DNA of 63,464 nt, filler included, from Octopus bimaculoides (lineage: Eukaryota): the NCBI RefSeq assembly GCF_001194135.2. It is 3 parts of 2 records of this genome, joined end to end, with 100 filler letters (N's around TTAATTAATTAA, not from the genome) between each part and the next. Parts side by side here need not be neighbours in the genome. Positions count along the whole stretch, not along the records: positions 29,206 to 47,274 come from NC_068997.1; positions 47,375 to 63,464 come from NC_068997.1; 1 more part is not named here. One strand, 5' to 3'. The position numbers and the translations under genes were made by a program. The notes under the pieces are model-generated. The model was not told the DNA's origin and did not search any database. It saw nothing but the letters and a program-made list of their open reading frames with translations. Positions 40,762 to 51,989 of this stretch are shown piece after piece (the first letter of the stretch is position 1; each line of letters begins with the position of its first letter).

Positions 40762-40845
<84 letters not shown>

Positions 40846-41110
40846 ATATTTATATCTGTATACATATATGTATATGCATATATATGTATATATATATATA
40901 TATATACACATCTATATACACACACATATATATATACGTATACATACATATATGCATATATATNNNNNNNNNNTCATTCATTCATTGATATAACCAGCTT
41001 TCTAGTAAAGCCTTCTATGATAGTAGAATATATGTCTCTGTGTGTTTGTTTGTGTGTGCGTGTGTGTTTGTGTGTGTGAATTTGTTGATGTGTTCAAATT
41101 ATGTTTGTGC

Positions 41111-41147
<37 letters not shown>

Positions 41148-41257
41148 CAGACATACATACATGCATACATATGTATATAGCTACAAATGCATACCTGTTT
41201 GTCTGCGACATGCATAACTTCTCCATAAAATTGCAGGAAGAGATAGTAATCAATTAC

Positions 41258-41360
41258 CTTCTCGCTTATAGACTAATGGCGAATTCACCGAGGAATCATT
41301 AAATCTGTTTGTCGTCCTGATAGTTTCGTTGATGGCTGTTCGGTCTGATACCGCCGCCAT
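41258..41360 (-). CDS. Candidate first coding exon of an unidentified gene (MAAVSDRTAINETIRTTNRFNDSSVNSPLVYKRE, phase 1)
   Basis: aatATGGCGGCG start context, open frame, GAAG|GTAATT donor, CpG-rich unique sequence; no recognised homology. Confidence 0.4.
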
Positions 41361-41834
41361 ATTGTTCTATTCAATAACCGTTCAATTGTATATTGGTTAT
41401 TTATTTTAGTAATGGTAAATGTTATTAATGGTTTAGTAACGATTAGAATTCAATAGATGTGTATGTCCAGGGTTTAGTTTTCCTTTCACGCGAAATAGGT
41501 CTTTGCTTGTCTCAATCACTGGACTACGACCATATTAGGGCACCACCTGGATGGGTTTTAGTCGAAAAAATCGATGACTGTACTTGTTTTTTTTTTAAGT
41601 CTTGTACTTATTCTGTCGGTCTGTTTTGCAGAACCACTAAGATACGAGGACGTAAATAAACCAGATACTAGTATTACTTTGCTTGTATGGCTTATAGATG
41701 TTTAGTATTAAATATAATTCAACAAAACAGGTTACATTTATCTTCGTTCTGGGGTTTGACCTGGAGCACGGCCTGGGGCTTAAATCTGAATTTCAAACTT
41801 TTACTATCCTTTACCTTTACTTCTGTTTAAATAA

Positions 41835-42092
41835 ATAAAATAAATGCGCCCTTTTAAAGCCTAGCCAGGCTCATGGGCCCTGTTTCCCGGTTTCAATGGC
41901 GTATGCGTTCCCCAGCTGGACGGGACACCAGTCCATCGCAGCGTTACTCATTTTTGCCAGCTGAATGAACTGGAGCAACGTGAAATGAAGTGTTTTGCTC
42001 AAGAACACAACGCGTTGCTCGATCCAGGAATCGAAACCACAATCTTACGATCATGATGTTGACACCCTAACCACTAAGCCACGCGCCTCCAC
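41835..42092 (-). mobile_element. SINE family D with V-domain-like segment
   Basis: tRNA head and core, then ctgcgatggactggtgtcccgtccag, which resembles the V-SINE domain as I recall it. Confidence 0.75.
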
Positions 42093-42747
42093 TTACTTCT
42101 GTTTGCATGACTATAATGTTTTCATAATTGAAACCTGTAGCATCTTTTACAGAAAATGTAAACATTTTCTCCCATATTTTGACAAAGTCTCGAGATTATT
42201 GTCTCGTACCCTTTTCAATAAAAATTTACTCGCTCGAAACTTTTCAAAATTTATTTATATATGTATACACACAAACTCACACACACATAGTAGAATATAA
42301 AATAGAAAGTCCTTGGTAAAGTATATATATTTGAAAAAATGAATAGAAATGACAATTCTGATAATTTTTCATCCTTAATAAATTAGATGTTTATATAAAC
42401 ATCTAATTATTAAAGTGGAAAAACTATCAGAGAAGCCACTTCTATTCATTTATANNNNNNNNNNNNNNNNNNNNNNNNNNNNNNNNNNNNNNNNNNNNNN
42501 NNNNNNNNNNNNNNNNNNNNNNNNNNNNNNNNNNNNNNNNNNNNNNNNNNNNNNNNNNNNNNNNNNNNNNNNNNNNNNNNNNNNNNNNNNNNNNNNNNNN
42601 NNNNNNNNNNNNNNNNNNNNNNNNNNNNNNNNNNNNNNNNNNNNNNNNNNNNNNNNNNNNNNNNNNNNNNNNNNNNNNNNNNNNNNNNNNNNNNNNNNNN
42701 NNNNNNNNNNNNNNNNNNNNNNNNNNNNNNNNNNNNNNNNNNNNNNN

Positions 42748-42793
<46 letters not shown>

Positions 42794-43781
42794 GTGTATA
42801 TATGTTTATATATGTATGCATATGCATACATATATACGTATATATGTGTGACCATGTATATTAATAACGAATATCTAGCTAGTAAATTAGGTTGGTAGCT
42901 ATCTTGTACCTGGACGTTTGTGAGTTAGCTAGTTTTTAGGAAATAGCTAGTTGCTGGTCGGGAAAACGAATAAATGCATAAAATTCTACGCACTATACTA
43001 TATTATACTACATTTCACGTGGATTGACTAAAACCTAAGTACGCATATGTGTGTGCATATAAATCCGTGTGTGTCTGTGGTGGGGGGGGGGGCTTTATTC
43101 TATGAGGCATCAAGCAGTTTGTAAACTTGTCGTTTGATGCAGGATGTAGCGTTTAATTTACGTGTTCTCCCCTCATTCTTCGTTTTCCCCAGATGAATTC
43201 GTAAAGTGCATCTTTCGTGCTGCATTAACTGAGAGTGAGAACAAAGTGATTTGTTAATGCTAACGGTTTTAACAGGGCAACAATGGTTTATATAAACAAC
43301 TGGCTTTCCTCCTATTTCGTTATTACATAGGAGGTGGGGAGGTTTTGGGTGTGCCATATGATTCTACGGCCCTATCGTACAGGCTGCAGTCATTAGACCA
43401 CAGCCATGCTCAACTGTTACTTGCTTTAACCGGTTCTGTTTGTCGAACTGCTACGTTATAGAGTATGAAAAACGTGATATAAATAATACTGGTTTTTGAA
43501 TTGAGGCATGTATACTACAATTAATAGTTTAGAATACGTGAAAAGGCGTAGATAAGATACAAACCACATTAGTGGTCAGACCAGATCGATTTCTTAAAGT
43601 CCAAAGTCTCGATTTTGGAAGACATAATCCCGATAAACAAGAGTTAGGCATAGGAAATGCAGCAGTGGAGCTTATATACATATGTATATATTTATATATA
43701 TATATATATATATACAAAAATCTTTTCAGAATGAGATAAAAAAAGACAAGGCTGTGAAGTTTTTAAAACACTTATAAATAG

Positions 43782-43829
43782 GTCTTAAAGCTGTTTCCGG
43801 GATATTTTTTATATCCCTTCATCGGAGAC
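43782..43829 (-). ncRNA. Degenerate type-I hammerhead motif
   Basis: Reverse complement gtct-CCGATGA-a-gggata(taaaaaa)tatccc-g-GAAA-cagctt-TA-agac; U4>C and helix III one change from the palindrome ACAGCTGT. Confidence 0.55.
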
Positions 43830-44074
43830 GGTGTGAGAGGATGATTAAGCAATAGTTAGTTTAGTTAAGATAGGAAATATAGAGTGAAGTGGAGGAATGA
43901 AAATAGATGTGAGATATGTAGGGATATTGCATTTGTAGATCCATTATTTAGGCAGAATGATATGCATATAAGATCCTAATACAGTGTGGGTAAATAAATC
44001 CCCGATTCAATAGCACCGTGTACAAACTCTATACTTGGAATGACCAATTTTAAATACTATTGGAATTTACCCAC

Positions 44075-44330
44075 AAGATATTACGCTGTTTTCCCCTTTC
44101 GGAGTTTTATCTTGTGAAGATCGAGCTGCATGTTTTCCTGTGCATCCTCGCAGTCCCAGAGGCATTAGTTCTCCTTGCCTGCGACTGCAGGAAGATGTCT
44201 GGACTGGAAAACCAGTTGTCGATATAAATATTGTAGCCTTTGTCAAACACGTTTTCATTCAGTGACAACACGATATCAGTTGATACTAGAGTAGACGCTG
44301 GAAGATCCAGTCTGTCCTGACCAGTGTATA
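44075..44330 (-). pseudogene. piggyBac (PGBD4-like) transposase fragment
   Basis: YTGQD...FDKGYNIYIDNWFSSPDIF...GTARMHRK, with the DNWF/YTS catalytic-aspartate motif; frameshift, then KLRKG. Confidence 0.85.
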
Positions 44331-45041
44331 TATATATATATATNNNNNNNNNNNNNNNNNNNNNNNNNNNNNNNNNNNNNNNNNNNNNNNNNNNNNNNNN
44401 NNNNNNNNNNNNNNNNNNNNNNNNNNNNNNNNNNNNNNNNNNNNNNNNNNNNNNNNNNNNNNNNNNNNNNNNNNNNNNNNNNNNNNNNNNNNNNNNNNNN
44501 NNNNNNNNNNNNNNNNNNNNNNNNNNNNNNNNNNNNNNNNNNNNNNNNNNNNNNNNNNNNNNNNNNNNNNNNNNNNNNNNNNNNNNNNNNNNNNNNNNNN
44601 NNNNNNNNNNNNNNNNNNNNNNNNNNNNNNNNNNNNNNNNNNNNNNNNNNNNNNNNNNNNNNNNNNNNNNNNNNNNNNNNNNNNNNNNNNNNNNNNNNNN
44701 NNNNNNNNNNNNNNNNNNNNNNNNNNNNNNNNNNNNNNNNNNNNNNNNNNNNNNNNNNNNNNNNNNNNNNNNNNNNNNNNNNNNNNNNNNNNNNNNNNNN
44801 NNNNNNNNNNNNNNNNNNNNNNNNNNNNNNNNNNNNNNNNNNNNNNNNNNNNNNNNNNNNNNNNNNNNNNNNNNNNNNNNNNNNNNNNNNNNNNNNNNNN
44901 NNNNNNNNNNNNNNTATATATATCATCGTCATCGTCATCATCATTATCATCATCATCATCATGGACTCTTTCGTCGTGTGTCGCTTAAAGAATATATATA
45001 TTTGCGAGTGGAAAGAGCTTTCGTCATTAACTTGTGATTGT

Positions 45042-45085
45042 CTCACACTGAGGACGGATAACATCCAGAAACCTAGGTCTGTGAG
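45042..45085 (+). ncRNA. Minimal type-I hammerhead ribozyme, intact core
   Basis: ctcaca-CTGAGGA-c-ggat(aac)atcc-a-GAAA-cctagg-TC-tgtgag: perfect 6-bp stem I, palindromic ACCTAGGT helix III, GUC site at 45077-45079. Confidence 0.75.
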
Positions 45086-45218
45086 TATCACGCAAGGCTA
45101 GAGATGGGAGCGAGGACCTCCCCAGCAAATACTGTATACGGACACAAACTGTGTCTCGATAGCCAGCTGGAAAAGTAACATCGTCCTTTACAAGACTGCC
45201 ACATTCAGTTGGCATATA

Positions 45219-45283
<65 letters not shown>

Positions 45284-46117
45284 GTACGTATGTTTGGATT
45301 ACAATATATTTGTACACATATGTATACACATACACCCACAGGTATTTAATGTGCACGTCACATACTCATGTGTGTATGAATGTGTACATGTATATGAGTG
45401 TTTGTGTGTTATGTGTGCATATGTCTATGTGTATGCGAGCGCGCGCGTGTGTGCGTGTATGTGTTTTCATTTGTCCGTGTATCAAATTTTACCGATGGCA
45501 AATATTTTATATTTTTCATTCCTTTCTATCTTTTTTTTTTTAATTTTTTAATTTGTCTAGGTCGATCGAAAATATGGGGAATAATATTGGCCGGAAAATA
45601 ACGAAATCAAAAAAAGCGACAGAAAGAACAAACAAAACACATCAAAATAAAGCAAAAACAAAAGTGAAGAAAAGACAGACAGACAGAAAAATTAGAAGGA
45701 AATAAGAAGATGGATTTAAGATTGTTGCGTGCGTTGATGTGTCTTGAACGTCCTCTAATGCGATCCTCGCTATCTTTCCATGCTTTATTGGCGATGTTTC
45801 CAGGTCTTGAGTTAATATTTTTCTCCTCTGTGCTGCGGCGTGTTACGATAATTTTTATTATCTAACAACACCAACTCCTGTCACCTACAGGCTCCCATTT
45901 TACGCATTCACTCACTCATTTTCTCACTCACTCACTTACTCTCTCTCTCTCTCTCTCTTTCTCTCTCGTTCATTCACTCATTCACTCTTTCAATCAGTTG
46001 TATTTATTTTATTATATTATATTATTTTTCATTCAATGTTATTTCGTCCGAGAACCAATCAGTTATATTTGAAATTGTCGAAAATGAAATGAAGAGATAG
46101 ATAACAAGAGAGGCGGA

Positions 46118-46160
<43 letters not shown>

Positions 46161-46482
46161 GCAGAGAAAAGAAGAGAGACTAAGAAAGAGAAAGATAATT
46201 ATTATGACACAAACACATACACACATGTACGTATAAAGAGAGAGAGAAAGAGCGAAAGAAAGAGAGAGAGAATAATGCACATAAAGAGAGAAAAATAGAG
46301 AGTATAGGACCGACAGAGAGAGAAGGGGGAAAGAAAGAACAAAAAAGGGACTTTAAGATAGTGGCAGAGAAACAGGAAGGGGGAGAGAGAGTGAGAGAGA
46401 GAAATAGAATGAGAATAAGACAGAAGTCTTATTTCGGTTGCACAGAATACATTAAGATAAAATACATAAGTTGTGGCTATAT

Positions 46483-46645
46483 GCGACGGGCTTGTTTCAG
46501 TTTCCGTCAACCAAATTCATTCACAAGGCTTTGGTTGGCCTGAGGCTAAAATAGAAGACTCTTGTCCAAAATGCCACGCAATGGGACTGAACTCGGAATC
46601 TTGTGGTTAGGAAGCAAATCTCTTAACACAAAGCCACACCTGCGT
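46483..46645 (-). mobile_element. SINE family B
   Basis: Reverse complement of family B consensus. Confidence 0.8.
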
Positions 46646-46880
46646 CACTGAAATAATTAAATGAAATACAGGTGCCTATACATTAGTATAAATGATGCAA
46701 GTTTATTAGTAGTGTACCATTCCAGGTACAAGTCTGTGCAAGGTACCAATAAACTAGTCTGACGGGCGCTGGAATTTGAAATTCATGCTCGTAAAAATTA
46801 GCTCGGATTATAAGAGGTTCCAAACCATTAGTATCAGGATAGTCGGTATTATACCTGTACAATTAGTAGAAGTAAAATGG

Positions 46881-47102
46881 TACAACGGGGTACTGAAAAG
46901 TTTCTGGCTTTAAGGGTTTCGCGAAAGGCCTGGTTGGTAGGCCAACCTTTCGAGTTCTTTTACAGGGCCTATGAAAACTGAAGGACCTCTGCAATAAGTG
47001 TGTGAATGTGAGAAGAGAATATGTTGAATAAAATCATAATTAACTGATCCTCCTGTATTTTTCTTTTACCCAAAGCCAGGAACTTTTCAGCACCCCCTTG
47101 TT
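46881..47102 (+). mobile_element. Internally deleted mariner (MITE)
   Basis: TIRs ggggtactgaaaagtttctggcttt / aaagccaggaacttttcagcacccc; retains C-terminal KLKDLCNKCVNVRREYVE*. Confidence 0.85.
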
Positions 47103-47274
47103 CATGGTTCTACCTGGAGTGCAGAGCGGTGCAATCCTAAAAGTAAATCTACCTGAATAATTCTATAAAGGCTCGTCACTTAAACACCACTTGTATTTTT
47201 GCATTCTACCTATCTTTACCTTTACCGGTCTCAAACTGAAGAATTTGGTTTCGTATAAATGAATTCTCTCAAAA

Positions 47275-47374
47275 NNNNNNNNNNNNNNNNNNNNNNNNNN
47301 NNNNNNNNNNNNNNNNNNTTAATTAATTAANNNNNNNNNNNNNNNNNNNNNNNNNNNNNNNNNNNNNNNNNNNN
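47275..47374. other. Artificial scaffold linker
   Basis: N44-TTAATTAATTAA-N44. Confidence 0.95.
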
Positions 47375-47626
47375 ACACACACACACCATCATATGCACAC
47401 ACACACACACACACATCTACCTATCAAAGTCACTAGCCCCTATCCACACAACACACACTCTCACATACACACACGCATGCGCACCTTCGTTTTGGGATCA
47501 CCAGTACTTTATTATCTCTCCTTTTTCCTAGCTCTCCTGTTAAACTATTTTTCCCAACCAGTCGCCATGATTGATCGCTAAATCTACAAGTTTTTTTAAT
47601 TCTCCCTCTGTTTATTTCCTCATATT

Positions 47627-47664
47627 CCTTTCTGTTGAAGAGCGTAGGCTCGAAACTAAAAAGA
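47627..47664 (+). ncRNA. Hammerhead-like motif with variant core (CUGUUGA), second family copy
   Basis: cttt-CTGTTGA-a-gagc(gtag)gctc-GAAA-C-TA-aaaaga; perfect stem II; helix III lacks one G. Confidence 0.5.
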
Positions 47665-48448
47665 CTTTCTCAATTTCCCGAACGTCAGACTAATACACTT
47701 GCTTGTTTCCCATAGACCTGTCTTCGTCTTTTGTTTTCTGTAAATTTCAACTATACACACACNNNNNNNNNNNNNNNNNNNNNNNNNNNNNNNNNNNNNN
47801 NNNNNNNNNNNNNNNNNNNNNNNNNNNNNNNNNNNNNNNNNNNNNNNNNNNNNNNNNNNNNNNNNNNNNNNNNNNNNNNNNNNNNNNNNNNNNNNNNNNN
47901 NNNNNNNNNNNNNNNNNNNNNNNNNNNNNNNNNNNNNNNNNNNNNNNNNNNNNNNNNNNNNNNNNNNNNNNNNNNNNNNNNNNNNNNNNNNNNNNNNNNN
48001 NNNNNNNNNNNNNNNNNNNNNNNNNNNNNNNNNNNNNNNNNNNNNNNNNNNNNNNNNNNNNNNNNNNNNNNNNNNNNNNNNNNNNNNNNNNNNNNNNNNN
48101 NNNNNNNNNNNNNNNNNNNNNNNNNNNNNNNNNNNNNNNNNNNNNNNNNNNNNNNNNNNNNNNNNNNNNNNNNNNNNNNNNGAAAAGAAAGTTGACCACA
48201 GGTCACACGAGAGCAGAGAGGATGGTGGAGGGAGGAAGTGGAACAAGGAGGAAGGGACAGAAGGGTATAGCAGTGAAGTAGAGGCCAGGACAGAGGTATA
48301 GATAGAAAGATGGAGGAAGACAGATAGATAAATAGATAGAAAGATAGATATATATACATTAATCATATAATAAGGGATAAAATCATTCTTGATTTTATCA
48401 GGAGGTGAGCACGAAAATAAAAACCTTATAGGTAAATTTTCCAAATAT

Positions 48449-48680
48449 TATATTAATAATTATATACATAATTATAACAAGGGATTAGCAAAAACGTTTT
48501 TCCACGCGTTGAAAATAGACGCCAAATGGCTCTAAACAACCTTAAAACCCCTAAAAATACAGGTAGTCGTCGAGTAAAAGAAAGATAATAAATTAAACCC
48601 CATGTGGGATCTATTTTCATCACGTGGAGAGGTGATTTTGCCACTCCCTTGTTATAATTATGTATATAATTATTAATATA
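48449..48680. mobile_element. 232-bp foldback MITE
   Basis: Perfect 36-bp TIR tatattaataattatatacataattataacaaggga, extending imperfectly to ~70 bp. Confidence 0.8.
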
Positions 48681-48684
48681 TATA

Positions 48685-49480
48685 TACCGTAAATCCTCGA
48701 ATATAGTCCGTCCTTGAGTATAATACGCAGGGGATTTTTAGAGGGCTGTACCTCTGAAAAACCTAAACCTTGTGTATAATACGCACCCCTTCTCTAACTT
48801 GAGTCTAGAAGGTCTATATAACGTCCTTGGTTTGTAAACATATATCCGGTAACGTCCTTTATTATTATTGCATATATAACATAATGCAAACGTGTAGCTT
48901 TTTTGTGCACTTTGTTTGCAGAAAATAAAGAAATAACAGTAATAACGTCAGTGAAAAATAAATATTAAGTAAAATTGCCTTTACATATTTATCACTATCA
49001 GTTATAAAAGCAAAAGCAAAAACATTTATTCAAATCTTTCAAATTCAACGTCACTTTCAACATCAAATAACTGCCCCATTTGTTCCTCCGTAAACATGTC
49101 AGCATCATTGTAGTGTAAATCTCCGTCATCATCAGATTCATAGTCAACATCAGAAGATTTACTTTCATTTATTTCATTTTTTCCATACAACGTCATCCTG
49201 AGTACCATCGAGTGCAGACGATATACAACACTTTTATTTTAATAAATGTTGCTTACTGCAAGTTATGGGTGATTCTTTTATGACTTCATTGCTTTCAAGG
49301 TATTTTCGCGCCCGACATCACAAAATACGTCTGAATAAACATTGCCGGACAGTAAATAGAGATTCGGACATTGCTTACAAAATATTTTTCCTTTTTAACT
49401 TCGTAGATAGTACGCACTAGGGATTTTGAGCTTTAAATTTTGGGTAAAGAAATGCGGATTATACTCGAGGATTTACGGTA
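48685..49480 (-). mobile_element. Non-autonomous pogo-family DNA transposon
   Basis: TA-flanked TIRs ccgtaaatcctcga(a/g)tata; internal LDGTQDDVVW and acidic ...LFDVESDVEFERFE* tail typical of the pogo C-terminus. Confidence 0.8.
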
Positions 49481-49493
49481 TATAAGAGACCAA

Positions 49494-50970
49494 AGTGTAC
49501 GTACGCCCCGATATGTATATAAAAAGGGATACAAAAAATGGGACAAGAAGGCAAAGCATCCAGAGAGTTAGAGGATACAAAAAAGGAATAAGAAAAAACA
49601 AGGACGGGTCATTCGGAGTTTTCTTTCCTCAGTCGAGTTCCAGATTATCTTTGCGATTTCGGCTGGTTATACCTGAGATTGCTCCAATCTGGCCAGCCCC
49701 AAGGAAAAACTAAGCTAAGAGCACTAGATTCTTTGGAAGAAAGCAGCGAATGTATACGAAAACAAGGACGGAAAAGAAAAACGGAGAAATGGTACACAAA
49801 TACAGATGCAAACAGTATTAACAACAGGTGTCTTTCGACTAAGGACGAATTAAATTAAGCTGGCGTGTGTGGAAGTGAAGCCTTACGGCTGGGACATAAC
49901 AGATGACAGGCATGGGGAGGAATATAGATGTTGCAGGGTTGGTAGTCGAACCAAGAAAGAAAGGTCAGGCTTAGCCGAACACCAGTCACGTGGAGAGAGA
50001 GAGAGGTAGAAACAGGGGGGATATAAGAATTAGGGAGGGACGAGAGAAAAAAGAAAAGGGACAGAGTGAATCGAAAGAGGAGGAAAAAAAACTCCGAATG
50101 ACCCGTCCTTGTCTTTTCTTACCCGTCCCTTTTTTGTATCATCTGTCTGGATGTTATATTGTCCCTTTTTTGTATCATCTAACTGTCTGGGTGTTTTGCG
50201 CTACTGTCCCATATTTTGCATTCCTTTTTATATACATATAGCAGCGTGCGTACACTTTGGTCTCTTATATGTAAGTACATTTATATATATCTAAATTTTG
50301 TACGACTCCCTTATTCTTTCATTCTTTCTTTCATTCTATCAGCCCCTTGACACTTCATTCTTTTCACTCTTCTTTCTTTCGTTCCCCCTCTCTCACATTT
50401 CCTAGCTTTCTCTTCATTCTCAACTTCCCCCCTCTTTCACTTCACTTTTCTTTTTTCTCGTCCCTCCGTAATTCTTCTATCCAGTGTTCGGCCAAGCCTG
50501 ACCTTTCTTTCTTGGTTCGACTACCATCCGTGCAACATCTATATTTCTCCCCATGCCTGTCATCTCTTATGTCCCTGCCGTAAGGCTTCACTTCCACACA
50601 CGCTGGCTTAATTCGTCCTTACTCGAAAGGCATCTCTTGTTAATGTCCTGTTATTTGCATCTGTATTTGTTTATCATTTCTCCGTTTTTTTTTCGTCCTT
50701 ATTTTCGTATATATTCGCTGCTTTCGCTGCTTTCGTACACATTCGCTGCAAGGAATCTAGTTCTCTTAGCTTAGTTTTTCCTTGGAACTGGCCAGATTGG
50801 AGCAATCTCGAGTATAACCAGCCGAAATTACAAAGATAATCTGGAACTCGACTGAGGAAAGAAAACTCCGAATGACCCGTCCTTGTTTTTTCTTGTCCCT
50901 TTTTTGTATCATCTAACTGCCTGGGTGTTTTGCGTTCGTGTCCCATTTTTTGTATTCCTTTATATATATA
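49494..50970. repeat. Inverted plus partial tandem arrangement of a ~600-bp unit
   Basis: 49494-50075(-), 50078-50270(+, 3' part only), 50300-50970(+). Confidence 0.85.
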
Positions 50971-51914
50971 TTATTTTATATCAGACACGGTTGTAACGTC
51001 TCTTTTGAAAATGATATCGTTCATGTGGTATATATATAAGAAGCATACACTTTTCAATAATAGCATGGATCGTACGATATGGACTATATAGATACGTGAT
51101 GATAAAATAATGTCATCGTAACCCAAAATATGTGTTCAGTCGAAGCAACAAATGTATCGGTTTGTGACCTTTTAGAAATAGATTTCCATTAAATCATTTC
51201 TTACTGAAAGGGCATAGTAAAGTCCTAAATACTATGTCTGAATATAAAATTAGGGTGATTACAGCCTGAAAACCTTTGAAAATTGTATTGCTCGGCTAGA
51301 TGCCACAGCTGAGAAAATCAATAACATTGTTTCAGTTACGTATATTCTGATTTTTCTAAACATTCATAAAAATTCTATTGATTTCATTCGTTTTGATATA
51401 ATGAATTTTGTTGCCACTGATTGATTATTTTATCTATGATGGAATATCTATTTAAAAGGAAGGCAGTTCACGTTCTCTAACGTTCTATTTAATTAATTTG
51501 CTCAAGTAATATATTGTTAGTGATGGTGCTATTGAAGTATGAAAAATGTATTTAATCTCAATCTGACGCAAGTTATGGAGTGTAAATAATGAACCGAATA
51601 CGTAAATATAGCAACATCAATGGCTTACGAAAAGCAAAAATTTGGTCGATGTTTACACTTAGCAATCTGAGAAAATACTTCATCTTCGAAAGGTTAATTT
51701 CCTGAAATTCGGATGATGTAAGATAAAAGTGTCAGTTTACTGAAAAGAACATTAGACAGATCTTTACATATTATTCAATAGTTCAATATCTATGTACAAA
51801 GAATCATAACCAGTTTAAATCAAAGATATCAGTAGATTACTGATATCACTAATTTATATGCATATAAATATAAATGTGATTGTTGTACTTGTTTAAGATA
51901 TGAAAGCTACTTAC

Positions 51915-51989
51915 CATGGGTTCAATCTTCAGTTCTTTTCTTTCTTTGTCACCTTGATCAAAAAATTCTGACATCACTAAATCTGCAAC
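51915..51989 (-). CDS. Internal exon of a class I cyclic-nucleotide phosphodiesterase, PDE5/PDE11 (Drosophila Pde6/Pde11) type, catalytic domain
   Basis: ttttctttttattcttcttAG|...|GTAAGT; 75 nt, phase 0-0; VADLVMSEFFDQGDKERKELKIEPM carries the EFFxQGDxE motif and closely resembles PDE5 [24 protein letters not shown] (recalled, not searched). Confidence 0.92.

Noticed and set aside
50845-50885. ctgaggaaagaaaactccgaatgacccgtcc as a hammerhead (also reverse at ~49605-49640)
   Set aside because: GAAU instead of GAAA, no helix III and no stem I partner.
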